Assembly: GCA_963737635.1 (NCBI GenBank)
Contig: CAVTTL010000001.1
Coordinates: 1,920,001 to 1,984,000, forward strand
DNA from: an uncultured Methanoregulaceae archaeon
GTDB taxonomy: Archaea > Halobacteriota > Methanomicrobia > Methanomicrobiales > Methanospirillaceae
Length of the DNA stretch: 64,000 bases
Direction of reading: 5' to 3'
How positions within the stretch are numbered: the stretch's first letter is position 1; every line of letters starts with the position of its first letter. The notes beneath the pieces are model-generated. The model was given only the letters and a program-made list of their open reading frames with translations, did not search any database and had not been told where the DNA came from. Both the position numbers and the translations under genes were made by a program. Below are positions 9,836-19,458 of this stretch, piece after piece.

Positions 9836-11304
9836 CTATACTGCATAAAATTGCCCGTGAAGGCCGGGAGGGATGTAAGCGGGAATTTCTGCTTCGGCAA
9901 TCTCCTGCAGGTTTCTGGCGTCCAGCACGAGAAGCCGGGTTACCCCCGCGCCCGGTTCCGATACCATGCTGAGCAGAACACCATCGTCTTCAGTAACCGC
10001 ACCAGGGCGCTCAACGAACACGGGTTCGGTCGGGTAACACCCTTCCCGTGACCATGTGCACGCATTTCCGGTCACCAGATCGGCTTTCACCAGCTGGTTC
10101 ACAAAGGGATTTTGTTTTTCATGGAGGAGCCCGGCGCCATAGACATACCTGTACTCGCAGAAGGTATAGTGCGGGTTGAACCGCGGGAGATCGAGAGGAC
10201 ATTCAGCGAGACGGCTTTCATTCGCTGTCTTCTTAACGAGGTCGAGCGTAACCCTGGTTAAGCGGCTGGTCTCCCTTGCATCGAGGCCATGGTTGCCGAG
10301 GCTGTCAAGGTAAAAGGAGCGGTTGATTGAGAAATCGTCAAAACGACAGAGATCGATTACGATAGTCTGATCGTCCGGCTGGAACGCATTTACGGTATGG
10401 AAGAAAAAGAATGCCGGACCGGTAATGGTCTGCACCTGCCCGGTCCGCCGGTCGCAGATGTGGTAGCGGTTCCCGATTTTCGGTTCCCAGTGGAAGTTTT
10501 CTATGTACGGCCGGTTGTAAAGCCGGGCGAAGATGAGTCCAAGCACATCAAGCTGCAATGGCTGTTCAATCACGATGACATAGTTCCTTGTCAGGGCGAT
10601 GCTGTGGAAGTAGACCGGCCGAGGAATGCGAATACTGCAGAGTACTTCGCGGTTCGGAGAGCCGCTCCGCAACCGGTACACGTACACGTTTCCCGTTCGT
10701 CCCGGAGGCTCAAGCACGTTGAAGATCTCGGCGGTCTCCGGGTCGACCGAGGGGTGGGCAGCGCTCAGCATAAACTTCGGGCCGAATACATCGGCAAAAC
10801 GGAAAGTCCCCTTGGTCGCGAGCGTTTCCGGGTCGAATTCGACCATGGTCGAAAAATCCGACAGCGCAAGCATGCTCGTTCCCAGCCGAAAGATATTGAC
10901 ATTGGTATTGTCGGGTGTTTTTTGCCGGAAGGCGCTGAAAAATTTTGTCAATGCGGATTCCCGGGATCCGGGAGCGTACCCCACTGCGGACCCAGCACTC
11001 TTCCAGCGGCCTTATCCCTGCGGAAGTCTTCGCTTTCGAGGAACCGGTTCCGGTACGTAACCCCTCCATCGTGTATCCTGAACCGGTGCAGGAGTGCATA
11101 ACCGTCGAACCAGTGGTTCATGATGCTGGTGCCGGCGCAGAACCGGGCCGGGCCGTTCCGCAGGAAGTTTCCCTTAAGCCATCCCGGAATGTCCCCCCTA
11201 ATGTTCAGTTCGATCGGTCCGGTCTCCTGCATCACTGATGCAAATATCCCTCCAGCCCGGGTCAGGCTTTCGCGATACGAGATTCTGCCGGTTCCGTTGT
11301 CCAT
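9836..11304 (-). CDS. Carotenoid oxygenase (RPE65/CCD/lignostilbene dioxygenase) family protein; frameshift near 10960
   Basis: GxIPxWLxGxxLRNGP, HWFDG, YRNRFL, DNTNVN; four Fe-ligand His (AHP, FHS, FHTVNAF, GLHG); EPVFV..P..EDDG. The N-terminus lies in ORF 10948..11490 and the rest in 9836..10984. Confidence 0.88.
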
Positions 11305-11491
11305 GAGACAATCTTGATCCTCACAAAACAGATAACCGTTTCGATGTGACCAAATGTATAACCGGATATGGTGAAATAAAAAATAGGTCCGTGAGGCTCT
11401 GATAAGTTGGCGGGTTCTGTTACGTCTATGGTTGATACGCAAATTCTTCCGAAGTGAAAAATCTGTCATCAACCGAAGATGCAACAGCACT

Positions 11492-11622
11492 GCTTTGCCG
11501 GGGTTCTCTTTTCGGTTCCCTTCACCAAATGGCAGTCACCCTCATTGAATTCAGCGACGACCTCCGCTGGATTAACACGTTGTTTGGCTTTGAGCATTTA
11601 TTTGAAAAGAAATAGATCGAAT
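11492..11622 (+). repeat. Direct repeat copy 2: displaced, slightly decayed 3' end of an AI-2E gene
   Basis: Encodes FAGVLFSVPFT..VTLIEFSDDLRWINTLFGFEHLFEKK* with a 1-nt deletion; matches 7067..7198. Confidence 0.9.
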
Positions 11623-11623
11623 A

Positions 11624-11731
11624 GTTTCGAACCGACTAGGTTGGATGTTTTCCTCGAAGGGCCGGCTCTACCTTTACCGCGAGATCTATATGAGGTTTCA
11701 ATCCTCGTTTTCCTGGATGTTTTCCTCGAAG
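11624..11731 (-). CRISPR. Orphan CRISPR mini-array: one full 37-nt repeat (11695-11731), 35-nt spacer (11660-11694), one degenerate repeat (11624-11659)
   Basis: Repeat on the minus strand is CTTCGAGGAAAACATCCAGGAAAACGAGGATTGAAAC with the canonical ATTGAAAC 3' handle; the second copy shares TGGATGTTTTCCTCGAAG exactly and begins GTTTC at the right spacing; no cas genes in the window. Confidence 0.75.
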
Positions 11732-11791
11732 TAAAAGACGGCACCGAAATATAGGGATGATACGGATAAATGTTCAATTCAAAAACAAGAA

Positions 11792-12143
11792 CGTGAGTGG
11801 GAGGAGTAAGCCTCCTTCTGTTCATGCGGCATTCAGCTCTGCGCCAAACCCGGGCGGATACCGAGCGATCCATTGCCCTGTTCTGGCTTGCACCCGCAGG
11901 GATTCGCCGTTTCATCGTATCCTGTTCCGTAAAAGCGCTCAGCGGGTTACTCGCGCGGACACGTCCGCACTTCTCGCCCCGAAGGGCTCAGCCGCATCAT
12001 AACTGGGAACAGGCCGTGTCGTTTCTGTGCCATTGCCGTGACTCTCGCCACCCATACTTGTGTATGGCTGCGTGCCCGGTGGGTGGGGGGACTTTCCTCA
12101 GCGGCCATCAAAGGCCACCGTCAGCCGCTCTCTCCCTCTCACG
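11792..12143 (-). ncRNA. rnpB: RNase P RNA
   Basis: Minus strand has GAGGAAAGTCC near the 5' end and AACAGAAGGAGGCTTA near the 3' end (P4); the ends pair (GTGAGAGGGAG / CTCCCACTCAC, P1); ~350 nt; T-rich tract after the 3' end. Confidence 0.95.
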
Positions 12144-12163
12144 ACAACATATGCGCCAACGAT

Positions 12164-12173
12164 CCTTAATAAT
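12164..12173 (-). promoter_or_regulatory. Probable TATA box of rnpB
   Basis: ATTATTAAGG on the minus strand about 25 nt upstream of the RNA 5' end. Confidence 0.5.
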
Positions 12174-12261
12174 GGCACAGATGGAAACAGGGACTCATCG
12201 GTCACGAGGCATAACTAATTAAACGCCTTCTGCAGAATGTGTCACACAAGAGGTACGTGTC

Positions 12262-12837
12262 ATGCAGCTCCTGACTCCTGATGAGGGTATCCTTGCTGTC
12301 CGGCTTGCCCGGGGGACCCTCGAATATACGATCGCGAAAAAACCGAAGCCCATGGTCCACCTGACCCCGGTCTTTGACGAAAAACGGGGTGTTTTCGTAA
12401 CCCTGACAAGAAACGGCCAGCTCCGGGGCTGCATTGGCTTTCCTTACCCCGTCATGCCTCTCGGGGATGCCATTGAAAATGCTGCGGTTGCAGCAGCCCT
12501 TGAAGATCCCCGTTTCCCTCAGGTAAGAAAAGACGAACTCGGCTCCCTTGACTTTGAAGTTACGGTTCTTACCCCTCCGGTTCCTCTCGAATGCGAACCG
12601 GAGGAGCGTCCCGCTCATATCGAAATCGGACGTCACGGTCTCATTGCCCGTGGTATGGGCACGAGCGGCCTTCTGCTCCCCCAGGTGGCGACTGAATATA
12701 ACTGGGATGCAAAAACGTTTCTCGATCACACCTGCGACAAGGCCGGGTTACCTAGTTCGTGCTGGACCCGGAAAAACGTGGAGATCCTCACGTTCGAAGG
12801 CCAGATATTCTGCGGCTCCTTTAAGGGATCGGTTTAA
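12262..12837 (+). CDS. AMMECR1 domain protein (AmmeMemoRadiSam protein A / TIGR00296-like)
   Basis: GVFVTL...LRGCIG, DPRF, G.LLPQVATE motifs. Confidence 0.92.
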   Translation: MQLLTPDEGILAVRLARGTLEYTIAKKPKPMVHLTPVFDEKRGVFVTLTRNGQLRGCIGFPYPVMPLGDAIENAAVAAALEDPRFPQVRKDELGSLDFEVTVLTPPVPLECEPEERPAHIEIGRHGLIARGMGTSGLLLPQVATEYNWDAKTFLDHTCDKAGLPSSCWTRKNVEILTFEGQIFCGSFKGSV

Positions 12838-12884
12838 CGTAAAGAGACCGCTAATCAACTAGGAACAGGAGCACTTTCGCAGGC

Positions 12885-14333
12885 ATGGCGATTACGTTCG
12901 AGAGTCTGGACAGCGATATTGCAGGACGCACCGGGAAACTGGGTGCCGGGAAAAAGGTAATACGGACACCGGCACTGCTCCCGGTTATCAACCCGCACCT
13001 GATGCTTGTTACCCCAAAAGAGCTCAGGGCCATGGGGGTCGAGGCACTGATCACCAACGCCTATATTTTTTCCCAGAGCCGGCAGTACAGTGAGCGGGTG
13101 AAGGAAGAAGGGCTCCATCGGTTGCTCGATTTCGATGGCCTGATCATGACCGACTCCGGCTCGTTCCAGCTCTCGGTCTATGGTGAAGTCTCAATAACCA
13201 ACGAGCAGACCCTTTCGTACCAGCGGGATATCGGCAGTGATATCTGGGTGCCGCTCGATATCCCCACCTCACCGGATGCGGACCGGATGACTGCCGAACG
13301 GGAACTCGCCATCACCATGGAACGGCTCAGGGAAGCAAAAGAACTCTTCGGGAATGATGCACCTCTTGCCGGGCCGGTGCAGGGTGGCATCTACCCGGAC
13401 CTCCGCGAACAGGCTGGGAAAGCGGTCGGCGATCTCGGCTTCTCGTTCTGCCCTATAGGTGCGGTTGTGCCGCTCATGGAAGCGTACCGGTACCGGGACC
13501 TCGTGGACGTCGTTATGGCCGCAAAACGCACGATCCCGCGTTCCGCATGCGTTCATCTCTTCGGTGCTGGTCACCCGGCCATGTTTGCGCTTGCCACCGC
13601 GATGGGCTGCGATCTCTTTGATTCTGCGGCGTACGCTTTGTATGCGAAAGAAGGGCGGTACCTTACTACGCACGGGAGTTTTAAGATCGATGAACTGAGC
13701 GATCTTCCGTGTGCATGCGCAGTCTGCCGCAGCCACACCGCTGGAGAGCTGCGCACTGCACCGGACCGCACCCGGCTTTTAGCACTTCATAATCTTGCGG
13801 TAACTCTTGCCGAAATTTCACGGATCCGGCAGGCAATCACGGATGGGACACTGTGGGAACTGGTCGATGACCGGTGCCGGAACCACCCGCAGCTTCTTTC
13901 CGGATATTGGGAACTTCTGGGGCACAACGCGGAACTCGAACCCTTTGACCGGGCCTCCAAACGCCGGTTCTTTTACCGGGGCGATGAGAACTGTGCCCGC
14001 ACCGAGGTCCTGAGGTACCAGCGGCAGCTGGCCCGGTTACGTCTTGGGGAGAACGTGCTGGTTGCCTGTGATGCCGGGCACCGTGAGGGTTACGACGATG
14101 TGCTCTTTTTCAAACCACCATTCGGGCCATACCCTGTTGAGTTAAAGGAGACTTTTCCCATCGGCCCGACCGAGATTCCCCCGTGGAATGCCGCGATGGT
14201 GCGGCAGGGGTGCCTGGGCATCAGGATGCTTGCCGAAAGTCATAAAGAATGCAGGATCCAAGTGGCAGGACTCGGCAACTGGACTAAGATCTTCTACGAA
14301 GAAGTAGGGGATGCTGCGGAGCTGATCGATTGA
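12885..14333 (+). CDS. tgtA: tRNA-guanine(15) transglycosylase (ArcTGT)
   Basis: [44 protein letters not shown], Zn CxCxxC..HNL. Confidence 0.95.
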   Translation: MAITFESLDSDIAGRTGKLGAGKKVIRTPALLPVINPHLMLVTPKELRAMGVEALITNAYIFSQSRQYSERVKEEGLHRLLDFDGLIMTDSGSFQLSVYGEVSITNEQTLSYQRDIGSDIWVPLDIPTSPDADRMTAERELAITMERLREAKELFGNDAPLAGPVQGGIYPDLREQAGKAVGDLGFSFCPIGAVVPLMEAYRYRDLVDVVMAAKRTIPRSACVHLFGAGHPAMFALATAMGCDLFDSAAYALYAKEGRYLTTHGSFKIDELSDLPCACAVCRSHTAGELRTAPDRTRLLALHNLAVTLAEISRIRQAITDGTLWELVDDRCRNHPQLLSGYWELLGHNAELEPFDRASKRRFFYRGDENCARTEVLRYQRQLARLRLGENVLVACDAGHREGYDDVLFFKPPFGPYPVELKETFPIGPTEIPPWNAAMVRQGCLGIRMLAESHKECRIQVAGLGNWTKIFYEEVGDAAELID

Positions 14334-15971
14334 TCCGGTTTGACATCAAAAAGAGGGATGGCTTGGCCCGGACAGGTCTCATGAGCGGCGACGAAGTACC
14401 GGGGGCACCGGTACCTTTCCCGGCCGTGATCGATATAGAATCACTCTTTCCTGCGCTTGCATCACGGGGTTGTACCAATGTCCCTCTTTCTGCGCCGCCG
14501 GAGTTTGCAAAGACCTACGTTCCCACGGGAGCTGGCATGCCGGTCACCATCCATCCGGCTCTTGAGAACCCTGCTATAAGCGGGGATGTGGTCATGGCAG
14601 CCAACTGGTACACAGCGCTTGCCAACCCCCGGCAGTATGTCGCATGGTTCAAGGCGCTCAGGGAAAAGACACCGCCCGATACCCTCTGGTATGCGCCGGC
14701 CGCAACGCTGCCTTCAACGGTCCACATCCTCTGTTATACCGGTTTTGGCCTCTTTGATTACACCGGTGTTGATCTCAAATCCGCACAGGGACTTTTCTGC
14801 ACACCAGAAGGTGAGTTCCCGGCCGATGCATGGGACAAAGGCATCTGCAGCTGTGAAGGCTGCAGGAACGGGGACCTGAAACTGCATAACCGGCATGCCT
14901 TGGAGCACGAGATTGCGCTCGTCCGGTATTTTATCGGACAATCCAAACTCCGGGAACTCGTCGAGGCCCGGTGCCGGATGAATGCAAACCACGTCGCTAT
15001 CATGCGCCATTTCGATGCAGATTACGCGTGGTCGGAACTCTATGCACCTGTTGCCCGCAGTGGTGTAATGCGGGCAAACTCCGGGGAATCGATGCAGCGG
15101 GTTGAGGTGCGCAGGTTTGCGGAACGGCTCCTTACCCGGTACCGGCCGCCCAAGGCAACCGTCGCGGTCCTCCTGCCCTGCTCGGCAAAAAAACCGTATT
15201 CGCTCTCGCAGAGCCATCGCCGGTTCCAGGAGGCAATCGCCGGCCGGGCCCATGAGCTGATCATCACCTCCCCGCTCGGTCTTGTCCCTCGCGAACTCGA
15301 ATGCGTGTACCCGGCGATGCACTATGATGTCCCGGTTACCGGTTACTGGGATGCTGAAGAATGTGCGTATATCTCGAACGTTGTCGCCCGGTACTTTTCA
15401 TTGCATGCATACGATCGCGTGATCGCCCATCTTGAGGGCGGTGCGCTGAAAGTTGCGGAGATGGCGGCAGCAACCTGCGGGATCACACTCGAGCATTCCT
15501 GCAGGGACCACCCTGCTGCTGACGCAGCTCTTGCGCAGCTCAGCCAGGCCCTCAATTGCGAACGCAAAGTCAAGGATGACCGGCTCCACGGGATGCTTTC
15601 GTATCAGTTCGGCTGCGAGGCAGACACAAAAGGCATGCTTTCCCGGGGCCATTTCCCCGAACTGTTTTACACACGGAACAACCAGCAGACTCTTCTCGAT
15701 CGATACTGGCACCGGCCTGTTACGCCCCACCTTCGAGGGATGGGACCTTATCCCTCAGGGCTACCGGGTTACGATCAGCGATTTCATTCCCGAAGGCGAT
15801 GTGCTTGTCCCGGGCGTTGCAGAGGCCGATCCCGCTATCCGCGAAGGTGACGAAGTACTCGTTGTCGGGCCAAAGGCATACGCCACCGGAAGAGCGGCAA
15901 TGTCCGCAGCGGAGATGAAAGGGTCCAAACGCGGCGTGGCCGTTCGTGTGCGTAAAATAAAGAAGTTGTAG
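14330..15971 (+). CDS. arcS: Archaeosine synthase subunit alpha with PUA domain; frameshift near 15690
   Basis: [38 protein letters not shown]; the PUA domain ([17 protein letters not shown]) continues in the 15453..15971 frame. Confidence 0.9.
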
Positions 15972-16051
15972 GTTTCACATTTTAGGATACAATTGCAGAG
16001 TATCTATGGAGTGAAGTACTTGTTTTATGGTTATGCGAACGGACGGGCCCG

Positions 16052-17203
16052 GTGGGAAATGTGACGTCCCCCATCGTGATTGCCGTCCCAAAAGAGCTCA
16101 CGCCCGGAGAACAGCGGGTGGCGACAGTGCCGGAAGTAATCCGGAATCTTATCAAATGGGGATGCGATGTACGGGTCGAGCACGATGCCGGGGCAGGAGC
16201 CTATTACCCGGACAGCGGTTTTGCAGCAGCAGGTGCAAACGTTGTTGAAAGAGCCGGGCTCTTCGGTGGTGCCCGGATAGTGCTGCGGGTCCAGCCGCCG
16301 ACCGTTGCCGATATCGAAAACCTTACCGAAGGTACCATTATAGTCGGGTTCATGAACGCGGCAAACAACCTTGACGCTATCAGGAAGATGCGCGACCGGA
16401 AGATCACCGCCTTCTCTCTTGAACTCGTGCCCCGGATCTCCCGCGCCCAGAGTATGGATGCGCTCAGCTCGCAGGCAACGGCAGGCGGGTATGTCGCGGT
16501 TATCCTCGGGGCCGAAAACTGCCCGAAATTCCTCCCGATGCTGACTACCGCCGCGGGCACGATACGCCCTTCAAGGGTTCTTATACTGGGTGCCGGTATC
16601 GCAGGGCTCATGGCCATTGCAACGGCAAAGCGGCTGGGGGCCCTTGTCGAGGCGTACGATGTCCGGCGCGCTGCCGGCGAGCAGGTTAGGAGCCTCGGTG
16701 CAAAGTTCCTCGAACTCGAGATCAATGCCGAGGGACAAGGGGGATACGCCCGGGAGCTCACGGCAGAGGAGAAGGTAAAGGAGCAGGAAATGGTCTCGGC
16801 TGCGGTCGCACGGGCAGATATTATTATTACAACGGCGGCTATTCCCGGCCGTAAGGCGCCCGTTCTGATCACCAAAGAGACGGTTGCGACGATGCAGCCG
16901 GGTGCGGTCATCATCGACATGGCCGCTGAATCCGGTGGTAACTGTGAGCTGACAAGGGCAGGTAAGACCGTCCGGGAGCACGGCGTTACGATTATCGGCC
17001 CGCAGAACCTCCCGGCCCGGGTCCCGTTCCACGCAAGCCAGATGTACGCGAAGAACCTGCAATCATTCCTTTCGCTCCTCATCAACGAGAACGGCGCTCT
17101 CGTGACCGAATTCACCGACGAGATCCTGGCCGCAAGCCTGCTTGTCCATGACGGGACGGTGCGGCACCAGCCAACGCGCGATCTCCTGGAGGCAAAACCA
17201 TGA
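16052..17203 (+). CDS. pntA: NAD(P) transhydrogenase alpha subunit part 1 (NAD-binding domain I)
   Basis: VPKE..GEQRVA, ISRAQSMDALSSQ, GAGIAG, GGYAREL, DMAAESGGNC. Confidence 0.93.
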   Translation: MGNVTSPIVIAVPKELTPGEQRVATVPEVIRNLIKWGCDVRVEHDAGAGAYYPDSGFAAAGANVVERAGLFGGARIVLRVQPPTVADIENLTEGTIIVGFMNAANNLDAIRKMRDRKITAFSLELVPRISRAQSMDALSSQATAGGYVAVILGAENCPKFLPMLTTAAGTIRPSRVLILGAGIAGLMAIATAKRLGALVEAYDVRRAAGEQVRSLGAKFLELEINAEGQGGYARELTAEEKVKEQEMVSAAVARADIIITTAAIPGRKAPVLITKETVATMQPGAVIIDMAAESGGNCELTRAGKTVREHGVTIIGPQNLPARVPFHASQMYAKNLQSFLSLLINENGALVTEFTDEILAASLLVHDGTVRHQPTRDLLEAKP

Positions 17204-17511
17204 TAGATATAACCACGTTCTGGACGGCGATCTATATCGCGATGCTTGCTGCTTTCACCGGCTATGTTGTCATCAGCCGGGTTCCGGTTATCCTCCACAC
17301 GCCGCTGATGAGCGGTTCAAACTTTATCCACGGGATCGTGCTTGTCGGCGCCATGGTTGCTCTGGGCCTTGCCACAACGCCGCTCGAACAGGCTATAGGG
17401 TTTATCGCGGTGATCCTTGGTGCTGCAAACGTCACCGGCGGCTACGTTGTCACGGAGCGTATTCTCCAGATGTTTGACCGTAGCGGCAAGAAGCCAAAGA
17501 AGGAGGCATAA
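17200..17511 (+). CDS. pntA: NAD(P) transhydrogenase alpha subunit part 2 (membrane)
   Basis: LHTPLMSGSNFIHG, NVTGGYVVTERILQMF. Confidence 0.93.
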   Translation: MIDITTFWTAIYIAMLAAFTGYVVISRVPVILHTPLMSGSNFIHGIVLVGAMVALGLATTPLEQAIGFIAVILGAANVTGGYVVTERILQMFDRSGKKPKKEA

Positions 17512-17512
17512 G

Positions 17513-18895
17513 ATGATCGACTTTTCCGTGATCATCAATCTGGTCTATATCGCGACGATCTTCTTCTTTATCGTCGGCATGTACCGGATGAGCCACCCGC
17601 TTACAGCCCGCAGCGGGATTGTCTGGGCCGGGGCCGCGATGCTGATCGCGACGCTCGTTACGTTCCTGACCCCGAACCTCACCAATTTTGCGCTGATGGC
17701 AATAGGAATCGTCATCGGCGGCGGTTTTGGCTATATCGCAGCAAAGCGCGTCGCGATGACCGGCATGCCCCAGATGGTAGCGCTCTTTAATGGTATGGGT
17801 GGCGGCGCGGCAGCCGGGATCTCGGCTGTTGAGCTCCTCGGCACCATCAACGCTACAAGTTCCCTTGCCGTTATCGGCGGTATTATCGGTGCCGTATCAT
17901 TTGCAGGCAGCATTATCGCGTTTTCAAAGCTTCAGGGCTGGATGAAATCGCGGCCGATCACCTTCCCGGGCCAGCAGATCGTAAACACGACAGTCCTTGT
18001 GCTCGCGGTTCTTTCCGGGGCGTTCATCGTCCTGAACCCGGTATGGATCCCTATCAGTATTGCCATGTACCTTCCGCTGTTCTTTGTCCTCTCGCTGGTC
18101 TTTGGGGTTCTCATGACCCTTCCAATTGGCGGCGCTGATATGCCGGTCGTAATCTCGATGTACAACGCCTTCACGGGCCTTGCCGTCGCTCTTGACGGTT
18201 TCTCGTTTGCCACTCCCAACTACGCAATGGTCATCGCCGGTATCATTGTCGGCGCGGCAGGTTCGCTCCTGACCCTCCAGATGGCAAAGGCGATGAACCG
18301 CTCTATTGCCAACGTCTTCTTCGGCGCATTTGGTGCGACCGAAGAAAGCGGCGTGCAGATCCAGGGCAGCATGAAGCCGATCGAAGCCGATGATGTCGCC
18401 GTGATGCTTGCGTACGCAAATAAGGTGATCATCGCCCCCGGCTACGGCATGGCAGTCGCCCAGGCCCAGCAAAAAGTCGAGGAGCTTACCGATCTGCTCG
18501 AAGACAGGGACATCCCGGTGAAGTTTGCGATCCACCCGGTTGCGGGAAGAATGCCAGGACATATGAACGTCCTCTTGGCTGAGGCAGGCGTTGCCTACGA
18601 CCACCTCTTCGACCGGGACGAGATCAACCCGGAATTCCCCGGTACTGACGTCGTCCTTGTTATCGGGGCAAATGACACGGTGAACCCGGCAGCGCACCGG
18701 CAGGGAAGCCCGCTCTACGGCATGCCCATTCTCGATGTCGAACAGGCAAAGAACGTTATTGTTCTCAAACGGGGTCAGGGAAAGGGTTTTGCCGGAATAG
18801 AAAACGATCTGTTCTACCGGGACAACACGCGGATGCTCTATGGCGACGCCCAGGAGACCGTCGGGAAAGTCGTGCAGGCTCTCAAGAAACTGTAA
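17513..18895 (+). CDS. pntB: NAD(P) transhydrogenase beta subunit
   Basis: MPQMVALFNGMGG, IGGADMPVVIS, PGYGMAVAQAQ, HPVAGRMPGHMNVLLAEA, GANDTVNPAA. Confidence 0.95.
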   Translation: MIDFSVIINLVYIATIFFFIVGMYRMSHPLTARSGIVWAGAAMLIATLVTFLTPNLTNFALMAIGIVIGGGFGYIAAKRVAMTGMPQMVALFNGMGGGAAAGISAVELLGTINATSSLAVIGGIIGAVSFAGSIIAFSKLQGWMKSRPITFPGQQIVNTTVLVLAVLSGAFIVLNPVWIPISIAMYLPLFFVLSLVFGVLMTLPIGGADMPVVISMYNAFTGLAVALDGFSFATPNYAMVIAGIIVGAAGSLLTLQMAKAMNRSIANVFFGAFGATEESGVQIQGSMKPIEADDVAVMLAYANKVIIAPGYGMAVAQAQQKVEELTDLLEDRDIPVKFAIHPVAGRMPGHMNVLLAEAGVAYDHLFDRDEINPEFPGTDVVLVIGANDTVNPAAHRQGSPLYGMPILDVEQAKNVIVLKRGQGKGFAGIENDLFYRDNTRMLYGDAQETVGKVVQALKKL

Positions 18896-19043
18896 GGCAC
18901 CAATCGGTTGCTCAGGTTACAAAAACCGTCCCTTTTTTGAGTTCCTATCTAATAAATGTTAAAACAAATACGACTCCTTCCACCACATTTAAGAACAAAT
19001 ATCGCTAAAATGTAGAGAAAAACAGTACGAGGAGTGTATAAAA

Positions 19044-19315
19044 ATGGACTTTGGAAATCTCGGCGGTCTTGGCGGCTCGCTTGTCGGTTTTATCGCCACA
19101 CCTGAAGGTCAGGCAGCAGTAAAGAATTTTCTTGCAACGCCGGATGGAACAAACCTGCTTAAGACTTTTGCGACATCAGCCCAGGGCCAGCAGGTCATCA
19201 TGAGCATCCTCCCGGAGGTATCGACTCGATGAACCTGCCCGGGCCGGTCAAAGATATGATTAAAAGTGCTCTTCCGGCAGGCGGCAGCAGCACCACCACA
19301 CCTACCTCACAGTAG
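19044..19315 (+). CDS. Small hypothetical protein (~90 aa), frameshift near 19220
   Basis: GAGGAG RBS; three FxxTPxG-like repeats; the frame continues as IDSMNLPGPVKDMIKSALP...TSQ* followed by a T-tract. Confidence 0.55.
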
Positions 19316-19458
19316 AGGTGTCCCTTTTTTCTTTTGCACGCACGAGTGCTCACTTTACGACGTTTCAGATCTCCACATTGACCGGCTGACCGGTGATCTT
19401 ATATTGTAGCCGGTTAGATTGTGTACCAAAGATAGACGGGGGAATTTTTATCGATGAT

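Larger units (their letters stand above)
7199..11622. mobile_element. Probable small genomic island (no integrase) bounded by the duplicated AI-2E 3' end
   Basis: Flanking ~130 bp direct repeats; unrelated cargo genes; FkbM gene and spacers visibly AT-richer than the flanks. Confidence 0.6.

Noticed and set aside
11771-11791. Possible third CRISPR repeat (TGTTCAATTC...) one spacer length from the full repeat
   Set aside because: Only a few bases match, and the sequence is better explained as the rnpB T-rich terminator.
11797-12222. 141-aa ORF and overlapping short ORFs
   Set aside because: They lie over the RNase P RNA gene and have no protein-like features.
16204-17298. Long antisense ORFs (also 1519..2601, 21441..22463, 31453..32418)
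   Set aside because: Shadow frames of well-supported genes in GC-rich coding DNA, with no recognisable motifs.
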